A stretch of DNA of 45,271 nt, from assembly GCA_031267575.1 (NCBI GenBank), contig JAIRYN010000034.1, positions 1-45,271 of the forward strand. The letters are read 5' to 3'. The notes beneath the pieces were generated by a model. The model did not search any database. It had not been told where the DNA came from and was given only the letters and a program-made list of their open reading frames with translations. Position numbers and translations under genes: made by a program. The stretch is from Synergistaceae bacterium. Its GTDB lineage: Bacteria; Synergistota; Synergistia; Synergistales; Aminobacteriaceae. Shown here in pieces: positions 30,023 to 39,817 of the stretch (positions within the stretch are counted from its first letter, which is position 1; the number at the start of each line of letters is the position of its first letter).

Positions 30023-31639
30023 ATGAAGGGTATCATGATTCAAGGAACCAGCAGCGACGCGGGTAAAAGTTTTTTGGTGACGGGGTTGTGTCGCGTTTTC
30101 TCGGACAGAGGTTACAGGGTTTGCCCTTTCAAATCTCAAAATATGTCGAATAACTCTTACGTGACAAAAGACGGTCTGGAGATGGGCAGAGCCCAGGCCG
30201 TGCAGGCCGAGGCGGCGCGCCTCGACCCCCAGGTTTTTATGAATCCCATTCTTTTAAAACCCCGCAACGATGCCACCTCCGCAATTGTCTTGATGGGGCA
30301 AGAATGTACAGACGCACGCGCTGATTACTACCGAGCCTTCACGATGAACGAAGGGCTCTCGACGGTTCGGGCGGCGCTGGCTCACATCGAGAAAAATTTT
30401 GAAGCGGTGCTGATCGAGGGAGCAGGCAGCCCGGTCGAGATTAACTTGAATGCTACGGAGATCGTCAATATGCGCGTGGCTCGCGAGGCGGACGTGCCCG
30501 TTATCTTGACGGCGGACGTGGACAGAGGCGGGGCCCTAGCCGCTTTGGTGGGAACCCTCGATCTTCTGGAGGCAGACCGCGATCGCGTCAAGGGCATCAT
30601 CTTCAACAAATTCAGGGGAAACCTGTCGCTTTTCGAGCCCGCGGTCCGCTGGACGGAGGAACGTACCGGAGTCAAAGTTCTGGGCGTGATGCCTTGGACT
30701 CCGGCGCGCATTGCCAGTGAGGACTCTTTGTCGATTCGCTGGAACGCGCGCTCGCCGAAGGGTTTTCTCGATAATGAGATAGATAATGGGATAAATAACA
30801 GGATAAATAACAGGATAGATAACAGGATAGATAACAGGATAGGAAGCGAAGGTTTGGTAATTGGCGTCATTCGCCTGCCCTATATCTCGAACCACACGGA
30901 TCTGGAGGCATTCGAGGCGGAACCCGATGTGGAGTTGATCGAGGTAGACACGCATACATCCCTCCGTCGAGTTGACGCGGTGATCCTTCCGGGGACCAAG
31001 AGTACGGTGCTGGACATGAAAGTACTGCGTGACTCAGGACTTGCCGGACGGCTCCTGGATTTTCACCAAAGAGGCGGGTATCTTTTCGGCCTATGCGGCG
31101 GATACCAAATGTTGGGGCAATACATCGACGACCGCTATTTGCGGGACAACGACACACTGAAGGAAATCGAGGGGTTGGGCCTGCTTCCCGTCGTTACGAC
31201 TTTTGGGGAGAAGAAAACCACCCGTCGCCGCGAAGGATGGACGATTCACCCCCTGTTCACCTCGAACGCTGCCAGGGTTGAAGGGTATGAAATCCACTTT
31301 GGGGAAACGCGCTCAGTGGGGGAGGGCAGAGGAGACGGTCTTTCGGAAAAGGAGCGTTTTTATCCCCTATTCGTCTTAAACGGCTACGAAGACGGCATGG
31401 CTGACCGAGAACTCCGCGTGGCGGGAACATACCTACATAATGCCTTTCACAACGATATTTTCAGGGCTTTCTGGTTAAATGCTCTGCGAAAAAGCAAGGG
31501 TTTGCCTGAGCGTTCTGTCACTGACACCACCGCGGCGAACGAAGAGGCATACGACGTTTTGGCGGCGCGGATGCGAGAGCACATCGACATAGATTATATT
31601 TTCACGTTGTCCGGCCTCCTCGATAGAAAGGAGCAATGA
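30023..31639 (+). CDS. cobQ: Cobyric acid synthase
   Basis: MKGIMIQGTSSDAGKSFLVTGLCR is the CobQ/CbiP N-terminal ATPase signature, followed by a C-terminal GATase-1 domain (LFGLCGGYQMLG). The linker carries an in-frame repeat insertion coding DNEIDNGINNRINNRIDNRIDNRIG. Confidence 0.9.
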   Translation: MKGIMIQGTSSDAGKSFLVTGLCRVFSDRGYRVCPFKSQNMSNNSYVTKDGLEMGRAQAVQAEAARLDPQVFMNPILLKPRNDATSAIVLMGQECTDARADYYRAFTMNEGLSTVRAALAHIEKNFEAVLIEGAGSPVEINLNATEIVNMRVAREADVPVILTADVDRGGALAALVGTLDLLEADRDRVKGIIFNKFRGNLSLFEPAVRWTEERTGVKVLGVMPWTPARIASEDSLSIRWNARSPKGFLDNEIDNGINNRINNRIDNRIDNRIGSEGLVIGVIRLPYISNHTDLEAFEAEPDVELIEVDTHTSLRRVDAVILPGTKSTVLDMKVLRDSGLAGRLLDFHQRGGYLFGLCGGYQMLGQYIDDRYLRDNDTLKEIEGLGLLPVVTTFGEKKTTRRREGWTIHPLFTSNAARVEGYEIHFGETRSVGEGRGDGLSEKERFYPLFVLNGYEDGMADRELRVAGTYLHNAFHNDIFRAFWLNALRKSKGLPERSVTDTTAANEEAYDVLAARMREHIDIDYIFTLSGLLDRKEQ

Positions 31640-31827
31640 GATGAAAGTTTTTAAGGACGCGGAGAAGTTTGACGGCTACCTACTACCCTCTACCCACTAC
31701 CCACTACCCTCTACCCACTACCTTCCACTCTCCACAGCTCTTATGTCTATACAGCTCTTATGTCCATCATTACCGCTAAAGTCGTCGGACTTCACGGCCA
31801 CGAAAGAAGCGCGGAGCTGAAAGAAGG

Positions 31828-32892
31828 ATGAACAATTTTTCGCGTGTTCGGAATCTTCGCCTTCGCGTGGGCATCGTGGGCTACGGTAACCTGGGCCGGG
31901 CCGCGGTACACCTTTTGGACATGAAGCGTGAAAGCTGGAAGACTGAGGGCTTGGAATTGGACCTGACCTGTGTGCTTGGCAGGAGAGGCGGTCTCTTAGT
32001 TCCCGGTGGGTTGAGCTGCGGAGCGTTGGCGGAACACGGAGAGACCGGCGCGCCTCTTGATTGTTTTCCTGGTTTCGATAAAGGGGTAAACGTCGAGGAA
32101 ATCCTGAGAGGGCATCAGATCGACCTTCTCGTGGAGTTCACTCCCACGAATAAAGAGACGGGAGAGCCGGGTTTGACCCACATTCGTCAGGCGCTAAAGA
32201 ACGGTATTCACGTGACAACGGGCAACAAGGGGCCTGTGCTAGTGGCTTGGAAAGAGCTTTCGCAGTTGGCGTGGGAACAAGGCGTTCTTCTGGGTATCGG
32301 TTGTACCACGGGAGGAGCATTGCCTTCTCTCATCGCTGGGCGGGAGGCGATGGCGGGCTCTGAAATTTCCTTGGTGGAAGGCGTTTTGAACGGGACGACC
32401 AATTTCATTTTGAGCCGCATGGAGAGAGATGGAATCGACTACGAGGTGGCGTTGAAAGAGGCGCAAAGAAATGGAATCGCGGAGGCGGATCCGCGTATGG
32501 ACGTGGAGGGATGGGACACCGCCGTGAAGCTGACGATTTTGACGAAGGTGGTGATGAAGGGAGATCTGGAGCTGAAAGACGTCTCCGTGACAGGCATAAC
32601 GGGTCTTACGCGCCAGGAGATCCAACACGCCCAAGAGACGGGGCACAGGATCAAGCTAATCGGCAGGGCGTGGCGCAACGGAAAAAAGGTGCGCGCCTCG
32701 GTGGCTCCGGAGCAAGTGGAGGCCGCGCATCCCTTTTACGCCGTGGCGGAGAAGGATAAGTGCGTGCGTTACGTCTCGGACACGCTGGGAGACCTTTTCA
32801 TATCGGGCGGGGCCTCCGGTCCATTGTCTGCGGCCGCCTCCGCCATGCGCGATGTTCTTTGCGCCTGGAGAACGGGGCTTTTGGCGCGGTAG
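31828..32892 (+). CDS. hom: Homoserine dehydrogenase (short form, no ACT domain)
   Basis: LRVGIVGYGNLG Rossmann fold, then VEGVLNGTTNFILSRM...ALKEAQRNGIAEADPRMDVEGWDTAVKLTILT, the HSD catalytic domain signature. Confidence 0.7.
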   Translation: MNNFSRVRNLRLRVGIVGYGNLGRAAVHLLDMKRESWKTEGLELDLTCVLGRRGGLLVPGGLSCGALAEHGETGAPLDCFPGFDKGVNVEEILRGHQIDLLVEFTPTNKETGEPGLTHIRQALKNGIHVTTGNKGPVLVAWKELSQLAWEQGVLLGIGCTTGGALPSLIAGREAMAGSEISLVEGVLNGTTNFILSRMERDGIDYEVALKEAQRNGIAEADPRMDVEGWDTAVKLTILTKVVMKGDLELKDVSVTGITGLTRQEIQHAQETGHRIKLIGRAWRNGKKVRASVAPEQVEAAHPFYAVAEKDKCVRYVSDTLGDLFISGGASGPLSAAASAMRDVLCAWRTGLLAR

Positions 32893-32913
32893 GTCGAAGC
32901 GGGGTGATAGTTT

Positions 32914-33579
32914 TCATTTTCGTTTATGCCGTTCATGCCATTCCGCGAATCGTGCTCCTAACTCGAAGGCTTTCCGGCAGTCTTCGGGGAAGATCGTTTT
33001 GCGCCGAAGCCTCTTCTTGTTTTCATCGAACATTGGCGTTTCATATTGCGAGTAGTCGTTGAACTGGAGCGTGTCCGTCGCCAAAAGTGATTCGCAATGG
33101 CCAAATACACGTGCCATAAGGCTCTCCATAGCTTTGAAAGTGGTCGTGTATCCCGCAGGATCGAGCGCTTCTTGCGGCACGTTCATCGTGAGGATCCATC
33201 CCGTCGAAAGTTTTCCTTTGAAGAGCGAGCTGTGCTCCGTGTTGTACTCCAAGTACTGGAAGACCAAGCGTTCGAGAAAAGAACGCATTTCCCCCGTCAC
33301 CGCGCCTATGTAAATCGGCGAACCCAAAATGAGCGCATCAGCGACCTCGATTTTGTCGAAAAGAGGTCTCAGATCGTCGTTCACGACACACCTGCCACGG
33401 CTTGCCCCACCTTTCGTTTTACAGGCAAAACAACTGACGCAGCCTTTGTAGTTCAGATCGTACAGATGCGCGATCTCGGTATTCGCCCCTTTGGACTTTG
33501 CCCCGTCAATAGCGTGTTGTAACAAGGTCGCGGTGTTCCACTGCTTCCTTGGACTTCCGTTGATAGCAATTACTTTCAT
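32914..33579 (-). CDS. Flavodoxin-like NAD(P)H-dependent FMN reductase / iron-sulfur flavoprotein
   Basis: MKVIAINGSPRK...GCVSCFACK... is an Isf/NADPH-dependent FMN reductase-like N-terminus. Start taken at the MKVIAING Met; the ORF track extends it to 33621. Confidence 0.65.
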   Translation of the reverse strand: MKVIAINGSPRKQWNTATLLQHAIDGAKSKGANTEIAHLYDLNYKGCVSCFACKTKGGASRGRCVVNDDLRPLFDKIEVADALILGSPIYIGAVTGEMRSFLERLVFQYLEYNTEHSSLFKGKLSTGWILTMNVPQEALDPAGYTTTFKAMESLMARVFGHCESLLATDTLQFNDYSQYETPMFDENKKRLRRKTIFPEDCRKAFELGARFAEWHERHKRK

Positions 33580-33770
33580 ACACAGCACCCCCAAAAATTT
33601 TAAGACTATTGTTTGTTCCATGTTCTGTAAAGCCCCGTCCTTTAGGGTGGAAATATAAGTGGAAATATAATATAAGAAACATCCGCTAAAGACGGATACG
33701 GGTTAGTTCTGTCTTATGTTACAATATTTACGCAGATATGGGGTAAAATGTTGCGGCATTGAACGTAGCA

Positions 33771-33867
33771 GTATCCACTCTTAGAGAAGAAGACGTAAGA
33801 CTGGCTCCGGCCAGCAATCTTTGTCGATCCCAGAATCTTCTCGCTTTAGCGAGGGGAATATGTCAAG
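33771..33867 (+). repeat. Copy C: the 97-nt core of the leader element, upstream of rex
   Basis: Matches the 3' part of the copy A/B leader (atccactctta.ag.a.aagacgtaagac...tttgtcgatc...agaatc...hairpin...tatgtcaag). Its terminal hairpin cttctcgc-ttta-gcgagggg at 33837-33856 covaries with the copy A/B hairpin. Confidence 0.75.
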
Positions 33868-34118
33868 ATAGCATGTGGAAACGCTACGCCGAAGAAATTT
33901 CGCTCATCTCCAGGGCGTCGGACAGGTTTTTCCGAGGCGTTTTTTGTTTGTTTCTTCTGCTGCTCATGTCACTACCACAAATCCAACTTGCGATTTTGGG
34001 ATGTCTTGAGGAGCTTGACATTTGGGATATTATCGATATTATGTTATTGATAATGGAATACCGAAGATATCAATGTCTTCGCGGGCATCGAAAATCCTAG
34101 TGATCCGAGGTGTGAATA

Positions 34119-34771
34119 TGCAAGGCGTGTCGAAAGGATCTCCGAGCATATCGCGACAGGCGATAGGAAGATTTCCATACTATTTAAAAGTTTTGAACGG
34201 ATTGAATCAAGAGTGTATCGAGTGTGTTTCCGCCTCGACAATTGCGGCTTCCCTTCAGTTCTATGAGGTTCAGGTGAGAAAAGACCTGGCCGCCGTCAGC
34301 CGTTCCGCAGGAAAACCGGGAGTCGGGTTTCCGATTAAAGATCTAATCACCGACATCAAACATGCTCTTCGATATGACAACTTCGATGAGGCCGTACTCG
34401 TCGGGGTTGGACATCTAGGTAAAGCTTTGCTTTCTTACCAAGGCTTCGGTGATTATGGTTTTGACATTGTCGCGGCTTTCGATACGAATCCTGCTCTCCA
34501 AAACACGGAGTTCAATGGAAAGACCATTTTTCCACTCGAAAAATTGAATAATCTTTGCAAGCGGCTCGGCGTAAAAATCGGTATTATCGCGACCCCCGCT
34601 AACGCGGCGGGAGAAGTGTGCAACCTTCTTGTCGCCAGCGGTCTTCTTGCCATATGGAACTTCGCCCCGGTTTACTTAAATGTTCCCCCGCACGTTCTCG
34701 TTCAAAATGAAAATATGGCGGCTTCCTTGGCTCTCCTGTTCAAACACCTGTCCGAAAGAGACAAGGAGTGA
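34119..34771 (+). CDS. rex: Redox-sensing transcriptional repressor Rex
   Basis: ISRQAIGRFPYYLKVL (wHTH), then LVGVGHLGKALLSY...VAAFD Rossmann NADH-binding fold and a C-terminal swap helix. A larger ORF from 34022 is possible but gives an atypical N-terminus. Confidence 0.85.
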
Positions 34772-35724
34772 GGCACTTGAACACGCAGTACCTGAGGTAC
34801 GCCGTCGAAATCGAGCGCATGGGTTCTATCTCCAGAGCTGCGGAAAAACTTTACATGAATCAACCCCATCTGAGTAAAACGATACGCGAGTTCGAAGAAG
34901 CGTTGGGCATCGCCATATTCAAACGGACGTCTAAGGGAATGGTGCCAACTAAAAAGGGCTTAGAATTTCTGGCTTACGCGAAAAGTATCCTCGCTCAGGT
35001 AGATATGATGGAGAATCTGATGCGCAGGGAAAGCCCGCGAAAAACGGTTTTCAATATCGCCGTGCCGAGAGCGAGTTATATCGCTTACGCTTTTACAGAA
35101 TTTATAAAAGACCTTCCCGTTAATAGAACATTGACGATTGACTACAGAGAGACCAACTCCATTCGCGCTGCCCGTGACGTCGCGGATGGTGAAAATGACC
35201 TCGGCATCGTTCGCTTTCCCGTGAAGTACGAGAACTATTTCATTGATTTTCTGCGGGAAAAGGACCTGAACTTCGAGCCGATTTCCCATTTTGAATATCT
35301 GCTGTTGTTTTCGAGTGCTCATCCACTTGCTGAAGAGAGACATCTCGACCCTCTGAAGTTGGAAGAATATATTGAGATTGTGCATGGGGATGCCAACGTT
35401 CCTTCTCTCGTGAAAAGCAAAAAATTCTCCGATGGAGAAAGGGAAAAAAAAGAAATCGCCGTTTATGAACGAGGCAGTCAACTGGAGCTCTTGAGGCGTG
35501 TTCCCTTGACCTATATGTGGGTCTCCCCCATGCCGGAAGAGGTTTTATCGGCCTTCAGTCTGATTCAGCGCAGGTGTGACATACCGAAAAACTACCAGAG
35601 GGACCTCCTCATTTACAGAAATGGTCATCGTTTTACTAATGAAGAGATGAAATTCATTTCGCATCTGAAGGAGATTGTAAAAGAAATTTTGTTTTTTCAA
35701 ATAGAACACATGAAGGCTTCCTGA
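34768..35724 (+). CDS. LysR-family transcriptional regulator
   Basis: LRYAVEIERMGSISRAAEKLYMNQPHLSKTIREFEEALG is a LysR HTH, with a C-terminal substrate-binding domain. Start is a GTG at 34768 overlapping the rex stop, or a TTG at 34777. Confidence 0.8.
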   Translation: MRHLNTQYLRYAVEIERMGSISRAAEKLYMNQPHLSKTIREFEEALGIAIFKRTSKGMVPTKKGLEFLAYAKSILAQVDMMENLMRRESPRKTVFNIAVPRASYIAYAFTEFIKDLPVNRTLTIDYRETNSIRAARDVADGENDLGIVRFPVKYENYFIDFLREKDLNFEPISHFEYLLLFSSAHPLAEERHLDPLKLEEYIEIVHGDANVPSLVKSKKFSDGEREKKEIAVYERGSQLELLRRVPLTYMWVSPMPEEVLSAFSLIQRRCDIPKNYQRDLLIYRNGHRFTNEEMKFISHLKEIVKEILFFQIEHMKAS

Positions 35725-35806
35725 TTTATGACGTTTTAAATGATTTTATTTAGGTTATCGAATTCGAGAGTGACTACACGCAGAAAGGGCACCGATGAGG
35801 TTTTTT

Positions 35807-36505
35807 TCAAAATTTGTTGAGGCGCAGCTCGATCTTTGTGAGGACTTGCTCGATGAGAATGCAACAGCACCAGTAAATTATGGATACCACAATGTATGTT
35901 TCAAAAAATCGAAAGGAACGCGAACTGGTGATCTTGGCTTGAGCCATGATATCGACCACAGAGATACTGAAGACCAGGCTTGTTTCTTTCAGCATGGAAA
36001 TGAAGTTGTTGCCCAACGGTGGAAGGGCGACGACAAAGGTCTGTGGCAGGATGACGCGCCGCAGCGCGGTCCATGTACTCATGTTCACGCTGTGGCACGC
36101 CTCCATCTGCCCCTTATCTACCGACAGTAGCGCACTGCGTATGATCTCGGACATGTACGCCCCGCTGTTGAGAGACAACGCGATCACGGCGAACACTAGC
36201 CTAGGCACCGCGTTCACCGAAATATTCGTCCCGAACCGGGAGTTTATCGCGTTGAGAAAAATCGGCAGGCCGTAGTATACGAGTAGCAGCTGGACGAGTG
36301 CCGGAGTGCCTCGGATGAAAGAAATATACACCTTGCAGAGCTTCGATGCGATTTTTATGTCGAAATAACGGATCAATGCCACTCCGGAGCCGATAACGAC
36401 ACCGATGGCAAACGAGGTGATCGATAAAAAAAGAGTGATAGGCAGGAATTTAATAATTTCCGGCACGGTAGAGAGCATAAACTGAACGTCAAAAGTTTTC
36501 CCCAT
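35807..36505 (-). CDS. Polar amino-acid ABC transporter permease
   Basis: MGKTFDVQFMLSTVPEIIKFLPITLFL... and the EAA-like loop region. Start taken at ATG 36505, which overlaps the substrate-binding-protein gene by 17 nt; the ORF track extends it to 36727. Confidence 0.8.
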   Translation of the reverse strand: MGKTFDVQFMLSTVPEIIKFLPITLFLSITSFAIGVVIGSGVALIRYFDIKIASKLCKVYISFIRGTPALVQLLLVYYGLPIFLNAINSRFGTNISVNAVPRLVFAVIALSLNSGAYMSEIIRSALLSVDKGQMEACHSVNMSTWTALRRVILPQTFVVALPPLGNNFISMLKETSLVFSISVVDIMAQAKITSSRSFRFFETYIVVSIIYWCCCILIEQVLTKIELRLNKF

Positions 36506-37316
36506 GAATCCTGACTTTATCCGTTTTCTCACTGGAGTAATCCGCGCCGAGATATTTTTTGGAGAGTTCGGCAAGCGTCCCATTTTTGAGCAGAGTTTCA
36601 AGCGCGGGGTCGACCAATTTTTTAAGTCGCTCGCCATTAGTATTTTTCGCGAAAAGAACGAACGTGGGCTCTCTTTCTTTCTCCTTCCACGGAACCGAAT
36701 CAATGGGGATATTTTGTTCTTTGGCAAGCAGATTGATAGCGACAGCGCTGCCCAATAGCGCGTCTGCGCGCCCGGTCACGAGTTCCAGCAGCATTTTGGA
36801 AAAGTCGCCGTCGGAATAGGAGATCGTAATGAGATTCCCGTTTTCAGCGTTATACTTTTCAAGCCAGGCCGTGTAAGTACTCCCCAAGCTCGCAGTGACA
36901 GTTTTTCCGTGTAAGTCTTGGGTACTTCTGATATCGGTGCGTCCGCTTTTGAAAGCGATGACATTGGTGGAATACATGTAAGGAAGCTCGGAGAAAAGGT
37001 ATTTTACCTCGCGCTCAGCGTTTTTGTTCAGGTTGGTGGCAATGATGTCATATCTGCCCGACTCAAGCGCGACAAAAATCGCGGTCCACTCTGTGGGTTC
37101 AAAGACGAATTTGACGTCAGGAAGCAGTTCGTCCGCGGCTTTCATCACGGCAACGTTGAATCCATCCGCGTTGCCGTCCTTATCCACATAATTGAAAGGC
37201 GCGTAAGCTCCCTCGGTTCCCACGGTCACCTTTTCGACAGCGCATACCTCCCAGGGCGTCATCAGCAAGCACGTTATCCCCAGCAAGAACAGCACATATT
37301 TATCCGAATTTTTCAT
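36489..37316 (-). CDS. Amino-acid ABC transporter substrate-binding protein
   Basis: Signal peptide, then VTVGTEGAYAPFNYVDKDGNADGFNVAVMKAA, a family-3 periplasmic binding protein signature. Confidence 0.8.
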   Translation of the reverse strand: MKNSDKYVLFLLGITCLLMTPWEVCAVEKVTVGTEGAYAPFNYVDKDGNADGFNVAVMKAADELLPDVKFVFEPTEWTAIFVALESGRYDIIATNLNKNAEREVKYLFSELPYMYSTNVIAFKSGRTDIRSTQDLHGKTVTASLGSTYTAWLEKYNAENGNLITISYSDGDFSKMLLELVTGRADALLGSAVAINLLAKEQNIPIDSVPWKEKEREPTFVLFAKNTNGERLKKLVDPALETLLKNGTLAELSKKYLGADYSSEKTDKVRIHGENF

Positions 37317-37379
37317 ATCATTGATCCTCTTTTCATTGATCCTCTTTATTATATATTGATTATATATTGATTATATCAG

Positions 37380-37892
37380 TTATCTTTTGATCGCAAGAAC
37401 ACGGGGAGCAGCTATCAAAAACCAGACCGCGAACTCCTCCGGCGTTTTTCGCAGACGAGATGACAATTCGCCGAACTCGATCCACTTGGTCTCCATAATC
37501 TCATCCTCGTTCGCGCTCAATGCGCCGGAGTAGTCGGCAGCGAACACGTGATCGTACTCATGTTCATACAGGCAATCGTTGAACTTGTGCTCGTACACGA
37601 AGGAAAACAGCTCGACGGGCTTTATACCACGAACGCCGATCTCCTGCTCCAATCGACGAACCACGGCGAGTTCTGTCGACTCGTCCTCTCTTGGGTGAGA
37701 ACAACAGGCGTTGGCCCACAGGCCGCCAGAGTGGTATTTGCCCATCGCCCTTTGCTGTACCAGCATATATCCGTTATGATGAATAAACACCGAAAAAGCG
37801 CGATGTAGCTTCGGAGTCCTGTGAGCCTCCATTTTCTCCGCCGAGCCGATGGGCCGGTCAAACTCATCGACCAAAATAATTCTCTCCGTCAT
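37380..37892 (-). CDS. idi: Isopentenyl-diphosphate delta-isomerase, type 1 (Nudix)
   Basis: [38 protein letters not shown] closely matches the E. coli Idi core. Start overlaps the cysNC stop. Confidence 0.85.
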   Translation of the reverse strand: MTERIILVDEFDRPIGSAEKMEAHRTPKLHRAFSVFIHHNGYMLVQQRAMGKYHSGGLWANACCSHPREDESTELAVVRRLEQEIGVRGIKPVELFSFVYEHKFNDCLYEHEYDHVFAADYSGALSANEDEIMETKWIEFGELSSRLRKTPEEFAVWFLIAAPRVLAIKR

Positions 37893-39817
37893 GCCCCTTC
37901 ACCCTCTAGAAAATGCACAATTCTCTCCGCCTCTTCTTCCGCGTTGCCGCTCCCGTTCACGACGAGTTCGGGATGTTCCGGGCGTTCGTATGGCGCGTTG
38001 ATGCCGGTAAAATTGGGAATCTCCCCGATTCTCGCTTTTTTGTAAAGACCTTTCGGGTCGCGCTGTTCGCAGGCTTCCAGCGACGTATCGACGAACACCT
38101 CGATAAATTCTCCGGGAGCGAACAGGGAGCGCGCGTATTCCCTGTCTTTTTGGAAAGGTGAGATAAACGCCACCAACACGATAAGGCCAGCGTCAATCAT
38201 CAATTTCGCCACTTCGGCCACGCGGCGGATGTTCTCCACCCTGTCTTCCTCGGTGAAGCCCAGGTCTTTGTTGAGCCCGTGCCTCACATTGTCGCCGTCC
38301 AGCACACAAGAACGCAATCCCATCGAAAAGAGCTTTTTGTCAACCAGATTCGCCACCGTCGATTTGCCGGAACCTGAAAGCCCCGTGAACCAAAGCACGC
38401 GAGGGGTTTGCCCCATCAGACGTGCTCTAGCCTCTTTCGTGATCTCGAACAAGTGCCATGTCACGTTTGCGGCCCTCCGCAAGGAATATCGAATCATTCC
38501 CGCGCCAACCGTGTCATTCGTGACGCGATCAATAAGGATGAAACCACCTAATTCCCTGTTTTCCGTGTAAGGTTCGTACACAATCGGTGTTCCGGTTTTG
38601 ATGTTGCCTATTCCGATTTCGTTCATAGCGAGGGTTTTGGCCGGTTCTATCGACAATGTTTCGACGCTTGTCTTGCCGCGTATTTCCGTCACGGTGGCCA
38701 ACACCGTCCGGTTCGATATCTTCAAAAGGTATTCGCGTCCGGGGAACAACCTGTTTTCGCTCATCCAGACTACGACCGCGCGGAAATGGTCCGTAACATC
38801 TGAAACAACCCGCGCGTCCGATAAAAAGTTGCCGCGGCTTATGTCCGTTTCTTTCGTAAGAGATATCTCCGCAGCTTCACCCTTTTTAGCCGCGTTTCGT
38901 TCTTTGCCGCTCACGATAAGCGACTTAACCGTATTTTTTTGACCCGACGGCAGAACGACAACATCGTCGCCCGTGCGTATCGTGCCCTCCGCGATTATGC
39001 CGCAGTAACCCCTAAAGCTCGCGCCGGGCCGGTTGACCCACTGAACCGCCATCCTAAATGGTTTTACCTTTTCTTTTAGCTTTTCTTTTAGCTTTTCTTT
39101 TTCGCCGCCCGGTTCGAGGGTTTCCAAATACTCCGCCAGCGTCGGACCACTGTACCACGGCGTATCGTCCTTACGCGCGAAAACGTTGTTCCCTTTTAGG
39201 GCAGAAAGCGGAATACAGGTCACGAAGAGTTCTCCCGTGTCGTGTTCCAGTTTTTTAATTTTTACCATTAAGCTCTCGTAGTCCTTCGATATTTCGTCGA
39301 AAATATCCCTCGACCATCCGACCAAATCCATCTTGTTCACCGCGAGCGCGATGTGGCGAATACCTAACAATACCGCGATGTACGTGTGCCTCACGGTCTG
39401 CGGCAAGATGCCGTTGCGCGCGTCAAGTAGAACAACGGCGGCCTCGCTGTTTGAAGCGCCGGTCACCATGTTTCTCGTGTACTGTTCGTGTCCCGGCACG
39501 TCTGCCACGATGAACTTCCTGTTTTTCGTTTCGAAATACCTATACGCCACGTCTATGTCTATGGTTATCCCCTGCTCACGTTCCGCCAAAAAGCCCTCCA
39601 TAAGAAGCGAGAAATCCAGTTCGCCGTCCATGTTTTTCTTCCAGCTTTCGCGGTGGAGGGAAGAGAGTTGATCATCAAAGAGACAGCCCGAATCATAAAG
39701 CAGCCTTCCTATCAGCGTGCTCTTTCCATCATCGACGCTACCGCAGGTTAAAAATTTCAGTTGCGTTTTATTTTCATGTGTTTTCTTTTTAGATTCGGAA
39801 AATGGCATTTTTAAAAA
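37889..39817 (-). CDS. cysNC: Bifunctional sulfate adenylyltransferase subunit 1 / adenylylsulfate kinase
   Basis: GTPase domain [16 protein letters not shown]...DVPGHEQY...NKMD, with a C-terminal APS kinase ([14 protein letters not shown]...). Start at MPFSESKKK (39817); the ORF track extends to 40054 through the cysD remnant. Contains an in-frame [10 protein letters not shown] repeat. Confidence 0.85.
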   Translation of the reverse strand, partial: FLKMPFSESKKKTHENKTQLKFLTCGSVDDGKSTLIGRLLYDSGCLFDDQLSSLHRESWKKNMDGELDFSLLMEGFLAEREQGITIDIDVAYRYFETKNRKFIVADVPGHEQYTRNMVTGASNSEAAVVLLDARNGILPQTVRHTYIAVLLGIRHIALAVNKMDLVGWSRDIFDEISKDYESLMVKIKKLEHDTGELFVTCIPLSALKGNNVFARKDDTPWYSGPTLAEYLETLEPGGEKEKLKEKLKEKVKPFRMAVQWVNRPGASFRGYCGIIAEGTIRTGDDVVVLPSGQKNTVKSLIVSGKERNAAKKGEAAEISLTKETDISRGNFLSDARVVSDVTDHFRAVVVWMSENRLFPGREYLLKISNRTVLATVTEIRGKTSVETLSIEPAKTLAMNEIGIGNIKTGTPIVYEPYTENRELGGFILIDRVTNDTVGAGMIRYSLRRAANVTWHLFEITKEARARLMGQTPRVLWFTGLSGSGKSTVANLVDKKLFSMGLRSCVLDGDNVRHGLNKDLGFTEEDRVENIRRVAEVAKLMIDAGLIVLVAFISPFQKDREYARSLFAPGEFIEVFVDTSLEACEQRDPKGLYKKARIGEIPNFTGINAPYERPEHPELVVNGSGNAEEEAERIVHFLEGEGA

